DNA of 64,000 bases from Pavona decussata (lineage: Eukaryota). Below are positions 14,601 through 27,800 of this stretch, one piece after another. The stretch spans positions 62,001 to 126,000 of the forward strand of contig CDRNST010000332.1 in assembly GCA_977016875.1 (NCBI GenBank). Reading direction: 5' to 3'. The stretch's first letter is position 1, and every line of letters starts with the position of its first letter. The notes beneath the pieces were generated by a model. That model was not told the origin of the DNA and made no database searches. It saw nothing but the letters and a program-made list of their open reading frames with translations. The position numbers and the translations under genes were made by a program.

Positions 14601-17600
14601 TGGCGCACGAGTGACCTTGTTTGAATAATCCAGAAATGTTGTCGTATGAAGGAAAGTACGTGCTCTCGACCGGCGTGCCCCAGGATTTCGTCGTAGTAGC
14701 GCACGATCAGGGTGGAAACTGGATGATCTTTAGGAAGCATCATCGGATGGGCAGCTTCGAAGGCAATAGGAGCGTGACGAATTCTTCCTCCGACGCGCAC
14801 AGTTCCTTCTACGAGTACAGGAAGAAGAGTTGCAAGCTTGCTTTGACATTTAACTAGACGACCATCGATTAAGGAATCAATCTCTTCGGCAAAGGCTTGG
14901 CGTTGCACCAACTGTACAATTTTCTTGGAAGAGCACCGTATCTCTGAAAGGGATATTCCACCTCTCTCAGTAGAAGTTCCTTTGTTCTGAATATGGTTAA
15001 CAAAACGTAACAACCAGGCGACAAGAGTTAAGAGGCGAGGCCAAGGTGAATAGCGACGCAGAAGCAGGTCCAGTGATGATCCACGGTCAATCACCATGAC
15101 GGTTCTTTCAACTTGAACTTCACTGCCGTCTTCTAGAATATTGCCAATCCTTCTAACTGGCCAATGTTCTTCGGGCTTCAGGAGGAAACTTGGGCCAGAG
15201 AGCCAGCGGCAATTTGGGTCAACATCATGTAGCTTCATTCCTCTGGAACCATCGTCAGCTGGGTTCAGTGATGTTGGCACATGTTGCCATTGCTGAGGAG
15301 TTGAGGCTTCATGAATTTCGTTCACTCGATTAGCAACGAATGGCTTGAAACGCCTCTTCTCGTTTGTAATGTACTGCAAGGTCGTCAAAGAGTCTGTCCA
15401 GAACGTAACACCATGAAAGGAGTATGTCAAGCTCGTCGCGTATCAGTAGATGCAAGCGTGTAGCTACCACTGCTGACTGTAACTCTAAACGCGGTATGGA
15501 CCACTGTTTCAGCGGGGAATTGCAGGTCTTTCCCATAACAAAAGCGCAATGGACCTTTCCCGTATCATCAAAGAGCCTTAAGTAGCCAACTGCAGCGTAC
15601 CCTTTGTTGGATGCGTCAGAAAAATAGTGCATTTAGACATCGGTGATGACTCAGGTGCGAGAAAATGATTTGAAGCATCGCAGAATCTTGATGTTCGCAA
15701 CAAGAGGCAGAGACTCTACCCATCCATTCCACTGTGTTAGTAAAGGCTCTGGAATAGGGTCATCCCACTGGACGTCCATTCTCCATAGTTCTTGAAGAAT
15801 GACTTTGACTGGGAGGAGAAACGGGCTCAAAAAACCAAGTGGATCAAATAGGGAACTAAAAGTCGAATGAATGCCACGTTTAGTTGGAGGTTTGTTCGCG
15901 GGAACAACCTTGAATTGCAAGGTATCCGAAACTGCATCCCAGTGTAATCCAAGTGCACGGCTGATGGGAAGTTGGTTGAGTTCGAGATTGATCGAAGGAT
16001 TCCCTCGTTCCTCTTGTGGGAGGGCCTTTAACACCAGCCTACTGTTGCTTGTGAACATCGTTAGGTGGAAGCCGCCCTCACTCAGTAGCCTGGTCAGCTG
16101 GTCTGCAAGCCAAATCGCCTTCTCTGTTGTCGGCGCAGATTTCAGTACATCATCAACGCAGAAATTTCTGTGTACGGTCGTGATGACTTCAGGGCTATAC
16201 CGGCCTTTAGTATCGTCTGCCGTCTGTCGAAGTACCTTGTTGGCACAGCAAGGGGATGAAGTTGCTCCAAATATGTGAACAAGCATCTAATATTCCTTAG
16301 GGGGAAGATTTGAAGAAGCATTCCACCACAAGAACCCTAGGGCGTCTGCATCCTCTGGAAGAACTTTGACTTGATGGAACATCGACTCTACGTCAGCTGT
16401 GAACGCAGTTTCTTCTTCTCGAAAGCGAATAAGTACGCCAACCAGGTTATTTGTGAGATCTGGGCCATGGTACAACCGATCGTTCAGGGAAGTGCCATCA
16501 AATTTAGCGGCAGCATCAAATACCACGCGTACTTTTTTGGGCTTGTTAACGTTCAGCACCGGGTGGTGTGGTAAGTACCAAGTGATCTTCTATCTCTTAG
16601 AGGCCTCTTCTTCGTTTAGCTGTCTTGCATATCCTTTACTAACGTAGTCATCAATGACGGAACGGTACTTTTCCTCTAGGCCAGGATCCCGGTTAAATCT
16701 CCTTTTCAGAGCTTGAAGACGACCTTCTGCCAAGGCTCTGTTAAATGGAAGGTAGGGTACTTCCTGCCTCCAGAGAAGGCCCATCTGGTAATGGCCGTCA
16801 ACCTTAGAGATTGTGTTCTCTATTATCTTCAGCGCCTTTCGATCCTCAACAGACATTGGCCTAAAGGCTTCTTTCATGGTTCCGTGGGACTCAATTCGCC
16901 AGAATTCCTCCAACTGTCGATTGAGAGAAACATCTTCAAAAGAAGCGTGATGCAGGTTGAACTGATGCCTACCACCTACACTGCTGGAACTTCCAAGGAC
17001 ACTCCAGCCAAGGCAGGATCGTATCGCGAAGGGCTCATTAGGTCTTCCTTTTCTAACTTTTAACGGAATAAAGGCTTCCCGGATGTTCGTTCCAATAAGA
17101 ATAGAAACCTTCTTTCTTTCTACTTCGGGAAAATGAACTTGACACAAATGCGACCATTGCTCCATCTTCTTGCAAGCTGTTACATGCTTAAGTGGGATGG
17201 TAAGGTCTCGTACCGCCCATGCATTGCGCACAGTAATCTGGTGTGAGTGTTGATCATCAACGAGCGCTATTTTGAAGTCAACCTTTACTCCATTCTCCTG
17301 TTTGTCTCTTTGGCTTACTGTGGAAAGGAGGAGTTGTCCCACTTCGCCTTCAATACTAAGCTGGTCGACGAAAGATGGGTCAATCATGGTGACGTCGGAG
17401 CCGGAGTCGATCAAGCCGTAAGTGGTTGTATATCGTCCATCGTTGGCGATGACCTTGAGGGGCATGATCTGCAGGTAAATCTCAGAGGATTCAACCAAGG
17501 TTGCAGTAGCGCACGTGCTCGAGGGAGCATCTTGGTCGCTTGGCAGAACAGTAGGCATGATTGGGATGACTGTGACTTCAGTGTTGTTAGTATGATGATC

Positions 17601-20600
17601 AGCATTTTCTCGGGATGGACCTGACAGGTGAAGCAAAGTGTTGTGAGACCTTCCACAACCAGGTACCTTACAACGCATTGGCGACTTGCACGAATTGGCC
17701 TTGTGTTCCGTAGAGTTAATGCAGTTGCAGCAAATCCGTTTTCTATTGACTAAGGCCCTCCTCTCCTCGACGGGCTTGGACTTGAATACCCCGCAGCGAT
17801 AGAGTGGGTGGCACTGGACACACAAGGGGCAATTGATGGCTTTAGTGACTTTATTGATCGCAAGTTTGCTGGCCTCCCTAGAGGTACTTGTGGTAAAAGT
17901 GGTAAGGTGACGCAGATGAGACTTGTCTCGATCTTCAATTCGTTTGTGTGGCTTCACCTCAGAAGAAGTTATAAAAAGCGGATGATTAGCCAAATCAGCT
18001 CGGTCATTCAGGAACTCAACAATGTCTTTGAATGTGGGGATAATTCTTCCTTGGCGTTAAGGCTTCTTCAAATGTTCTCGAAACTTGTCTTGGAGCCATT
18101 TGGGCAACCTTAGTATCACTTTCTCGAGATTGTCAGTGTTCATTTCTCCTAACCAGTTCATTGTTCCCAGGGTATCATACATAACTTGTGCCATATCTGC
18201 ATAGCGTTGGAGACCTTCTTTGTCTTGAGATGCGATGGGGGGACCTTTAGTCAGAGTGTCGACGCAAGCTCTTACGATCTTAAATGGTTGGCCAAAACGA
18301 CTTTGCAGGACTTCTAACGCCTTGGTTAAACCTCCTGGCAAGGCCTCGTACCTTTGCACAGCTCTAAGAGCAGAACCCTCGAGAAACTGCAGCCGGCGAG
18401 CCATCTTAGTCTGTTCATCCAATGCCTTCGATTCTACCATCTGGCGAAATCTCTGTCTAAATAGTGGGGAGCCATCAAACTTAAGCACCTGTAGTGGAGG
18501 TAGACCTTAGTCGGCACTAAGTCTTTCTATTGTGGTAGCAATAGTTGCAAGGAAGCTTTCACCCATTGGCTGAAGAGAAGGTGGAAGGTGTCCTGAAATT
18601 GGGTGATAAGGCAGGAGAACTGGACCATAGGCTTGAGCACACGAGCTAGCGCGTGAATACGAGGACGGCAACGTTGAGGCAGACATAACCGGAACCACAG
18701 AAGCACGCGTAGGCATCGGTGGGAAATCAGGAACACACGTGGGGTACGGAGGTAACGTGGAGACGCGCGAGGACACCACAGGAACTGAAGAGGTTCGCAA
18801 GGAAGCACACGTAGGCATGGGTGGAAAATCTGTAAGACGCGTAGAGTACGCAGGTAACGAGGATACGCGCGAGGACACCACGGGAACTGCAGAGGCTTGC
18901 AAGGAAGCACACGTAGGCATGGGTGGAGAAGCGGGAACACGAGTAAAGTTCGTAGGCAACGTGGAAACGTGCGAGGACACCACTTAGACTGGAGGGGCTT
19001 GAAAGGACGTGGATGAAAACTCAGGAAAACGTGAAGAGGGCGCAGGTAACGTTGATTCACGCGAGGACGTGTCGGGAAGAACAGAGACACGCGAAGACGT
19101 GACGTGGCAGGTCGAGACTCTCTTGGATGAGACGGAACACGTGGATGGAGACGCGTGAAATGATGTGGACCAGGTGGGGTGCACAGCGCTACGTGTGGAC
19201 AGAGCAGGATGCGTGCCATCCCGCGGGATGGACCCTAATTGCGTGGAAACAGCTTGAGGGAAAACAACTTGAGGACTAGCGTCGGTTACGCTTGTAAAGT
19301 TTCCATCAATGTCAATATTTCTGTTAAAACTATGGCGCTTAGGTGGATTTTCCTCAAACTGCAAACAAGAAAACTCGCGTTCTGCTAACTTGAACTCCAA
19401 ATCTGCCAACTCTGTCCTTTCCTTAGCTTTGTCTGCCTCGGCGTCGAGCTTCGCTTATTCCAGTTGGTGTTGAAATTCGAATTGCTTTTGTTTCATTTCA
19501 AGTTCCAATAACTTGACTTTCATTGCAGTTGTCCTCAATCGTTTCTGCTCGGTTTGTTTCTCGATTAAAGCCGCTTTTTCTGCCGCGATTTTTGCTTCGC
19601 GAAGTCTCGAGCTTGCTGCACTTAACTTGGAAGTTCGACTGCTCTGCGATTTCACCGATCCTCGAGGCAATGAAGTGCTGACNNNNNNNNNNNNNNNNNN
19701 NNNNNNNNNNNNNNNNNNNNNNNNNNNNNNNNNNNNNNNNNNNNNNNNNNNNNNNNNNNNNNNNNNNNNNNNNNNNNNNNNNNNNNNNNNNNNNNNNNNN
19801 NNNNNNNNNNNNNNNNNNNNNNNNNNNNNNNNNNNNNNNNNNNNNNNNNNNNNNNNNNNNNNNNNNNNNNNNNNNNNNNNNNNNNNNTTTTAGTCATCTG
19901 GAAAATAATCGTATAACGGATTTATCACGACTCGTAAAACCAAGACGTCGATGTTTTGCATCACTGTAAGTGCAGCCATTGTTGTAAGAAACTTTCCTAA
20001 CCTGTAAGAAAAAAATCTCCAAATATGTTCACAGGCATTAAATCAATAATGTTTATTTATCAGTCTGTGTAGCAGTGTTTCCTTTTCGAGAGCACGGGAG
20101 GCTCGGGAGGGGAGAGTATGGAAAGGCAATGCATGCCTTCCACTGATCGCAGAAATTTTGCCAAACATCCCCCAAAATTCTGCTAGTGGTTCTTCTCCTT
20201 TGGGACACTCGCTTTCACGTGTAGAACAATGTGGCAAGATTGTTTACGGTTAAAAATGGATCGGAAAGTCAGCACGAATAGGCCATTTCCGAGTTGCTGT
20301 GAACCTCGTTATCGAAGCGAAGCTAAGTGCAAAGCTTTTGATATTAAAATCAGTTTTGTTTGCATATGAATGAAAACTAATTTTCATAATTAAAACTTTG
20401 CACTTAGCCTCGCTTTCATAATGAGGCTTACAGCAACTCGGAAATGGCCTATTCTATCACATACTACCCCCTTAAAGTCTCGGTCTTTCGAAAAGTGAAG
20501 CCTCCTGGGTATTAATAGTAGGCTCATCGTGATTTGCAAGTTTTAATACTGACTGAATAGAGAGCCTGTCCATCTTTGACCTTCTTTTAACTATTTAAGG

Positions 20601-23600
20601 AAATTGTAGCTAGGTCTGGTCTGGCTCACTGAAATGCATGATTTTTCCTACAACCTTGTTTGTCTACTTATGTGTGTAATAGGAAGCGAATCATAGTATG
20701 GACCGTGCATGTAGTAAGCTTTATCTTGCAATTTATGTATAACCAGGACAACAAGTCACATGTTCTTGTTGCCTGTGCCTGCTTAAATCACAGCTGTGCT
20801 TTGTCATCACATTGCGTCGATTTCTTTTAGTATTGTGTGTTTCATTTCCTCGTTTTGTTTAAAGGCCCAGTTTCACCCATTTGGCTTTGCGGCCGTTTGT
20901 TACTGTTTACAAGCGCTTGTATTGTTTAGTCGTGGGATCTGATTGGTTTACAAGAATATTCACGCTGGTATGAAAGTCTTGGCGTATTCAAAATAAATCA
21001 GACCATTCAAATCGGACTGGTTGATTTCGTTTCAGTCGCTCCGATTTATTTTAATCTCTGCACCAAAAAGAAATATTTACTCTCCAAAGCGCTCGAGTTC
21101 TCTGTACTCCTTTGTGAAAATTTCTCGGCGAACGAAAGTCGAGGGTTTGGTTCGTTTTTCTGCATTCGTTTCTTTGAGCGACGCGGCGGAACAGTCGAAC
21201 TGTTACAGCCGGCAGCCCTCAACATTAAATAATTTTTGTCCGAAGATTTTTATTTTATTGTTGTATAAGATAGACAGTCACTGAAAGGGTCCTGTCGATT
21301 ATTATTGAAGTTGAAATTAAAAGAAATTAAGAGTGCTAGACTCAATGTTAGATCAGTTAATATCGCTTTCAAAATTATAGCGCACTACGCCGAACTGGTC
21401 TATCGGTACTATCATGAAATTATTTCTACCTTTGATGATATAGCGAGGGGCTCCCATTGATAACAGACAGCTTTTTACATCTGAAGGGGCTACCCTGAGC
21501 GGTATAAATCAATTTCAAAGGTAGAAATCAGGAACATCGCTACAACAGATGCATGCATGGAGACATGAAATCCTCCCGCTTCTTTGTTTCAGACTAAAAA
21601 CTATGCAAAGAGTTTCTGAGACGAATATATTCCTTCGGAATAACAGCTGTACAACTACATTGTCAACCGCAAGATGTTACTTAGAAGCAACCGACGATTT
21701 TCTGATTTTCCTTTCCACAGGAAGACTGTTCTTGAAAATATCCACATAAATAAAGCGAGAGGATATTATACAAAGCTTAATGACAAGAAAACTAGTGATA
21801 TTCCTGGAAATGAGCTCAATGAATGTGGATTACTTTTGCTATTTAGTGCCCGCTGATACTTTTCTGAATTTTCGACTGTGCAAAGTTCAGCTCGGTGCGC
21901 AATGCCTCTTGGTTGAACATGGGCCTATAAGCAAGGCTATTGGCTGTGTTTAGAATAATGAACAGGTAATGTGCTTGCTTGGAAAGGAAACGCAGGTTAA
22001 AAATAAACAGAATAATGATGCAAAAATTTATTTATGCATGTTGTATTTATCTCCATAACTTAATTGTAAATTTGGTTGTTGGTGTCTCGTCAAAGCAGAA
22101 TTTAGACCCTCGAGGTGGAGGTATGTTTCAAATGTACTTTATGAACTCAAGAAGTCGTCTGGCGGCCCCATCACTTTCCCCTTAAAATAATAATAAAAAG
22201 TAAAATAAAAAAAATCAGGTTTGGAGCTCTTTGTCTCTGTTTTAAAATGAGGATAATCAGCTATTAGAATAGTCAGCTATTAGTTGTAATGCCCCCTTGC
22301 ATGACAATGAAATTGTACGACGGTTTGACTTTTGTAACTGATAATTCAATTTTTTTAGGTCATTGGCTAATAATCAGATTACCTATCTGCCAAAGGATGT
22401 ATTTCGGAACATTTCTGTACTCGGGTTAATGTAAGTTGGACATAACTAGCCCATGACTGTGCGCGAAGTTTGTGTTACGGTCTTACAGTGCGACTACTGT
22501 AAACGGGGTCACTTAAACGAGACTAGCCAATCAGATTGCAGGACAAGAACAATGAATTTCAACCAAAGTCAATTGAACCAATCACGAGTAGACGAAAAAC
22601 AACAGTTCAAAACTACTGTTCGTATCATAATGTGACCTGATTGGCCAGTTCTAAGTGACCCCGGTAATAGTAGTAGCACTGTCATCAATTCGAATGTTTT
22701 GCTGGAATTCAACTTCACAATCGAATTATTCTTCTGGGGCCAATTGTTCAAAACCAGATTAACAGGCGAGATTTTCAGTTCACATACATTTCCTTATAAT
22801 TGTTTTGTAAGGCAAGACTTCGTCCCTCAAATCTAACAAATCGAAAGGGAGTAAAATTTCAATTTGTGGGTGGCCGTATTTTATTGGAAAACCCAACGCG
22901 GCTTCCTTCTACAAACAGAAACGCTACCAGGATCAGAAAAAAAAAAAAAAAAAACAGTCACCTTTTAGGAGCAAAAACCTGTTTGCTTTGGCCCAAGGTC
23001 GCGATTACTCAGAAATGCGGACGAAACATAACATACTACAAACTCGCAAAATAATTGCATGTTAGGGTAAGTTAACACTCGTTTCCATCTCTGAAACTGA
23101 CCTTGGACATTCACTTAAAATTATATTAAGTAAAACTTATTTCAAACGTAAGAGAAAAAGAGGGAAAATACATCAATATAAGCTTCGAACCTGCGTCGTT
23201 AGTTTAATTTCTTTTATTCGTAATCACTACACCAACAACTTGGACTAACTCCCGAGGATAGTAATTTTTAATATAGAGTTACCCATCACAATAACGAAAA
23301 CTAATTATTTTAGAATCAGTACTTAAAAAAGAAGTTCCTCTATAAAATTACAAGCCCTTCCTTCATTCCACACATTTGCATTGAAGGGGCGAGATGCAAA
23401 TTTAGCCACCGTTAAGTCGAGGCAAGTTGTTTACTCAAGCGTCCTCTGAAAAAATTATATACCTTAAAATTTTATAATATATATCACCACATAAGCATGA
23501 GATATCAAGTTCTAAAGGTAAGCCAATTTTATTGACAAGGGCCGTAGAAAAAGACACATACAGTTTGTCAGTTGTATACGCTTTGATGGTTGACTGTCAA

Positions 23601-24748
23601 CTGAAGGTGAGAACGGCCAGGCCATGCCCCTTTTATACCAGACCTTCCGGTTTAACCCTAAATACTGTAGGTATCTTGCAAACCCCAAAGCGATGCCCCT
23701 TGCCTAGCTTGATTTCTATATATTGACTTAGTTTTCTGCCTGATAAATGTCTTCTATTCCCGTGAAAATCATTCCTATGACTATAAGGAATACTACACCG
23801 TGTAAACCTCATTAAGTGTCCAAGGTCAGTTTGAGATGTGGAAACAAGTGTCAACGGGAAAAAGTATGGGAATTGGTAACCAAGCCTTTGATTTCTTTTC
23901 TGCCCATCCAAGATGTTGTCGTTCACTGTCACAAGGTCCATTTGGATTTACATACCCCAAAAACGAAGCGCCCTTTGGACAATTAGAGTAGTCTAATAAG
24001 CATATTGACAAAGATTCCCGTCCATTTTGACATACAGGATTTGTTTAGCTTCATACTGGTTTATTTAATTCAGATTGTTAATTAAAGGCGCGGTTTTTTT
24101 TGGGGGGGTGGGGGGGGGGGCATATTCTGTGTATTCTGACAAAGCAATACACTGAAAAAAAAAACTGTGTTGTATCTGTTGCCCAGTAACGAAATATATA
24201 AAAATGGCCAGATTTAAAGACTCGAATATCTTATTAATTTTTTTGGAAGACAACTATATTTATATTTTTTTCTGATTTTGGAATATAAGGAGATGTCCCC
24301 CCACCCGCCTAAAAAAATAGAATAGGAAGAAAGAAAAACGGGCCCTAAAATTAGTTTATCATTTTATCGCAGTGATTTATCCTTCAACAAAATAGAAGCC
24401 ATACCAGAAGACATGTTCCTTGGATACAAAACTCTAGCCCTTTTGTAAGTGAAATCACAGGTTACTTTTAATCCCATTCAGAATTCCGTGTTTATATTGN
24501 NNNNNNNNNNNNNNNNNNNNNNNNNNNNNNNNNNNNNNNNNNNNNNNNNNNNNNNNNNNNNNNNNNNNNNNNNNNNNNNNNNNNNNNNNNNNNNNNNNNN
24601 NNNNNNNNNNNNNNNNNNNNNNNNNNNNNNNNNNNNNNNNNNNNNNNNNNNNNNNNNTACGTGATATTTTAAGTTTCGCTTGGCTCACAGGTTACGCTAC
24701 GCGCCCTGTGGTGCTTCTTATACTGTGCATAAGATAGTTTTACTGCGC

Positions 24749-24802
<54 letters not shown>

Positions 24803-27800
24803 TTCCAAGCAAAATTGATATTTACAAGTTAATAATAATCATAATAATAATAATCAATTTAAATAGCGCTTTTTATATGATATTCAAAAGCGCTTACAAT
24901 ATAAAAACGAAAAATTTAGTCAAATCAATAAAATATAAAATTTAAGAATAATCAATCAAACAAAAAAGTAAGAAATAAAATAAACAAAGTAGGAAATAAT
25001 CAGATGTCATATGCTTTTTTAAACAAAAATGTCTTCAAGTGTTTCTTGAAAGTATTTAAGTTCTCGGCAGTGCTAATTGCCAGAGGAAGCCTTTTCCACT
25101 TGGATGGACCAGCAAAAGCGCATGCTCGATCACCAAAAGTCTTACATTTGGTTCGAGGCACCTCTAACAAAGTGAGGTCATTAGATCTCAAAGAGCTTCT
25201 GATTGATGCCTTTTCCCTGATGAGATCACAGATATAACGTGGAGCGATACCATTTAACGCTTCGAAAATAAGTAGTAATATTTTGAATTTAATCCGAAAC
25301 TCTACGGGTAACCAGTGAAGATCTTTTAGATAGGGTGAAATGTGATTAAATTTGGGTACTAGACAGACGACTCTAGCTGCAGCATTGAGGACTTTTTGGA
25401 GCCGATCCAGTTGATATTTTGTAAGTCCAGAAAGGAGAGAGTTGCAATAATCCAAGTGAGATGTCACAAAAGCATGAATTAATATCTTGGTGGCCTCAGT
25501 GGAAAGAAATTTTCTTATTTGTCTAATCTTGTAAAGACCCTTCAAGGCTTTGTTACAAATGTTTCCAATGTGAATGTCCATTGCCATGTGCTCATTAAAC
25601 CAAGATCCCAGATTTCTGGTACTCTTTACAGGTTCAATGATGGAGTCCCCAACCATGATAGAATTGATATTTATTTTGGACAGCTGACCACGGGAGCCGA
25701 TAATCAGAAATTCAGTTTTAGAGTCATTTATCATAAGACGATAAGAGACCATCCAGGCACGGATATAAGCGACACACTTTTCAATCGCACTAACTGCATT
25801 ATCCTGGGCCAGCTGTGATTCCGGTTTAAAAGAAAAGTAAATCTGGGTATCGTCTGCAAAGGCATGAGCAGATGGAAAGTGTTTTCTTATGACTTCAAAC
25901 AATTTAGATCCATAGAGATAAATAAAGGACTGGGCCCAGACAGCTTCCCTGAGGTATTCCACGAGACAAGTTGAATTCATCAGAGAGATTGTTCTCTATA
26001 ACAATGCATTGCTTCCTTTCCGATAAGTAAGACTGAAACGACATAAGAGCAGTGTCCGTTACACCAAAGTCGTTTTCTAAAGTATTCAGCAGTAAAGAGT
26101 GGTCAAATGTATCACATGCTGCACTAAGGTCCAAAAGAACCGAAAGAGTAACTTCTTGCTTATCCATATTAAGCAAAATGTCATTCTGGACTTTAAGAAG
26201 GGCAGTCTCAGTGGAAGAAAAACGACGATAGGCTGACTGACAATCCGGTAGTAGAGCATTTTCTTCGCAATGACGTAGAAGTTGATCGACAACAGCTTTT
26301 TCAACAATTTTCGAAATAAATGGAAGGTTACTAACTGGTCTATAGTCCTTGAAATCAGTATCGCTTCCATCCTTCTTTTGTAAAGGAGTAACTAGTGCAG
26401 TTTTCCACTGATCAGGTACATAGCCTTTGGTCAATGAGTTATTTACAAGATCAGTGACTTTACAAGCCCGAGCATCAATGCAAAGTTTGAATAGCCATGT
26501 TGGTAAAGGATCTAGTTGACATGTAGCGTTCGAAGAACTTTTAATTAACTGACGTACATTGGTTTCAGACAATTCTGAAAATTGACTTAATTTCACATCA
26601 CCGCAGCGACAGTCCAGAAGAGGAGGCTCCACATTGATAGCATCAATGTTTTCCAAAATTAAATAAAGATTCTTGATATAAAATTCCCCAAACTCATTTG
26701 CCAAACAGACAGGATTAGTAAACTGAGGAAGGGTATTTCCACAGCTTTTTTTACACAGTGATTTGACGATTTGAAACAATTTTCGCGTATCACCAGTGCA
26801 CTCAGAAACACGGCCAGAATAATAGGCAGACCGAGAGGCCTTGGAAAGAGAAGAATACTCCTGACAGATTACACGAAAAGCTTGTTTGTCGGATTCAAGG
26901 CCAGATTTTCTCATTGATCTTTCCAATCTTCTGCGTCTCCTTTTGAGATTTCTAAGTTCATTAGTAAACCAGGGAGCTTTTGGTCGAGCAACAATTTCCT
27001 TGGATATCATAGGGGCATGAAGATCCAGTGTAGTTATGAGGGCGTTGCAAAATTCATGTACTAGTTCATTCAGGCCATCCGAAGCAAGTGGCAGTTTCAA
27101 TGATGAAATTAGATCAGATTGAAAATCAGTGATATTTATATCTTTTAGCTTTCAATAGGATAGGTGCTTAGATGTTAAAGCAGGTTTAGGAAAACCAATG
27201 TGGGTAATAACTGAATAGTGATCCGAAATAAGACATGTGACCATTGGAACTCCAAGACTAAAATCGGCAACCGATCTACTAATCAAGAGATCAAGTGTAT
27301 GGCCAGACACATGAGTAGGAGCAGAAACATGCTGCTGTAGACCAAAAGTTGTCAAAATTTGGCAGAATCTTCTTGTATCAGCATTCTGATGGTCATAAAG
27401 GTGGAAGTTAAAGTCACCCACAATAAGCAGAGGTTCCAAACACAAAACTGTATTCTCCAGAAGGGTGGAAAACTCTTCAAAAAACACAGAGGAAGAGACT
27501 TGATGCTGTGGCGAGCAAGGGGGACGATATACAATTACCACCTTCAAAGTTTTACACTGTAGTTTCACAGACCATTCAGAATATTCAAATGATTTCAGTT
27601 CTCTGCCATCAAGTAACACGCATTTTAATGAATCGCGGTGCAACATCCGTGTGCCACCACCACGTCTAAGAGATTGTTTTTGAAAACTCTGAAACACATA
27701 GCCCTCAAAGGACAAGCTAGAAATAGTGACAGAGTCCAAGTTTAATGGCAGTGAGCTACTCTTACTAAAGCCAATTTATATGAAGTAAGGTTGTCTGTGG

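Larger units (their letters stand above)
13094..19682 (-). mobile_element. BEL/Pao LTR retrotransposon, decayed, antisense in intron 10; 5' end lost in N gap
   Basis: Gag (FDGSPL, zinc knuckles CPLC..HPLYRC, CCNC...H...C), protease (LIDSGS), RT ([24 protein letters not shown]), RNase H ([20 protein letters not shown]) and integrase (H-H-C-C, GIDFFGP, SD.GTNF, GVWERLI, DUF5641-like tail); several stops and frameshifts. Confidence 0.95.

Noticed and set aside
13813-19219. Many short + strand and alternate-frame ORFs
   Set aside because: Shadows of the BEL/Pao polyprotein; likewise 34331..34651, 48879..49675 and 55339..55647 shadow real ORFs
21721-21856. Acceptor-like tttcctttccacag followed by an open frame
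   Set aside because: No LRR pattern and no phase-2 donor at a plausible distance
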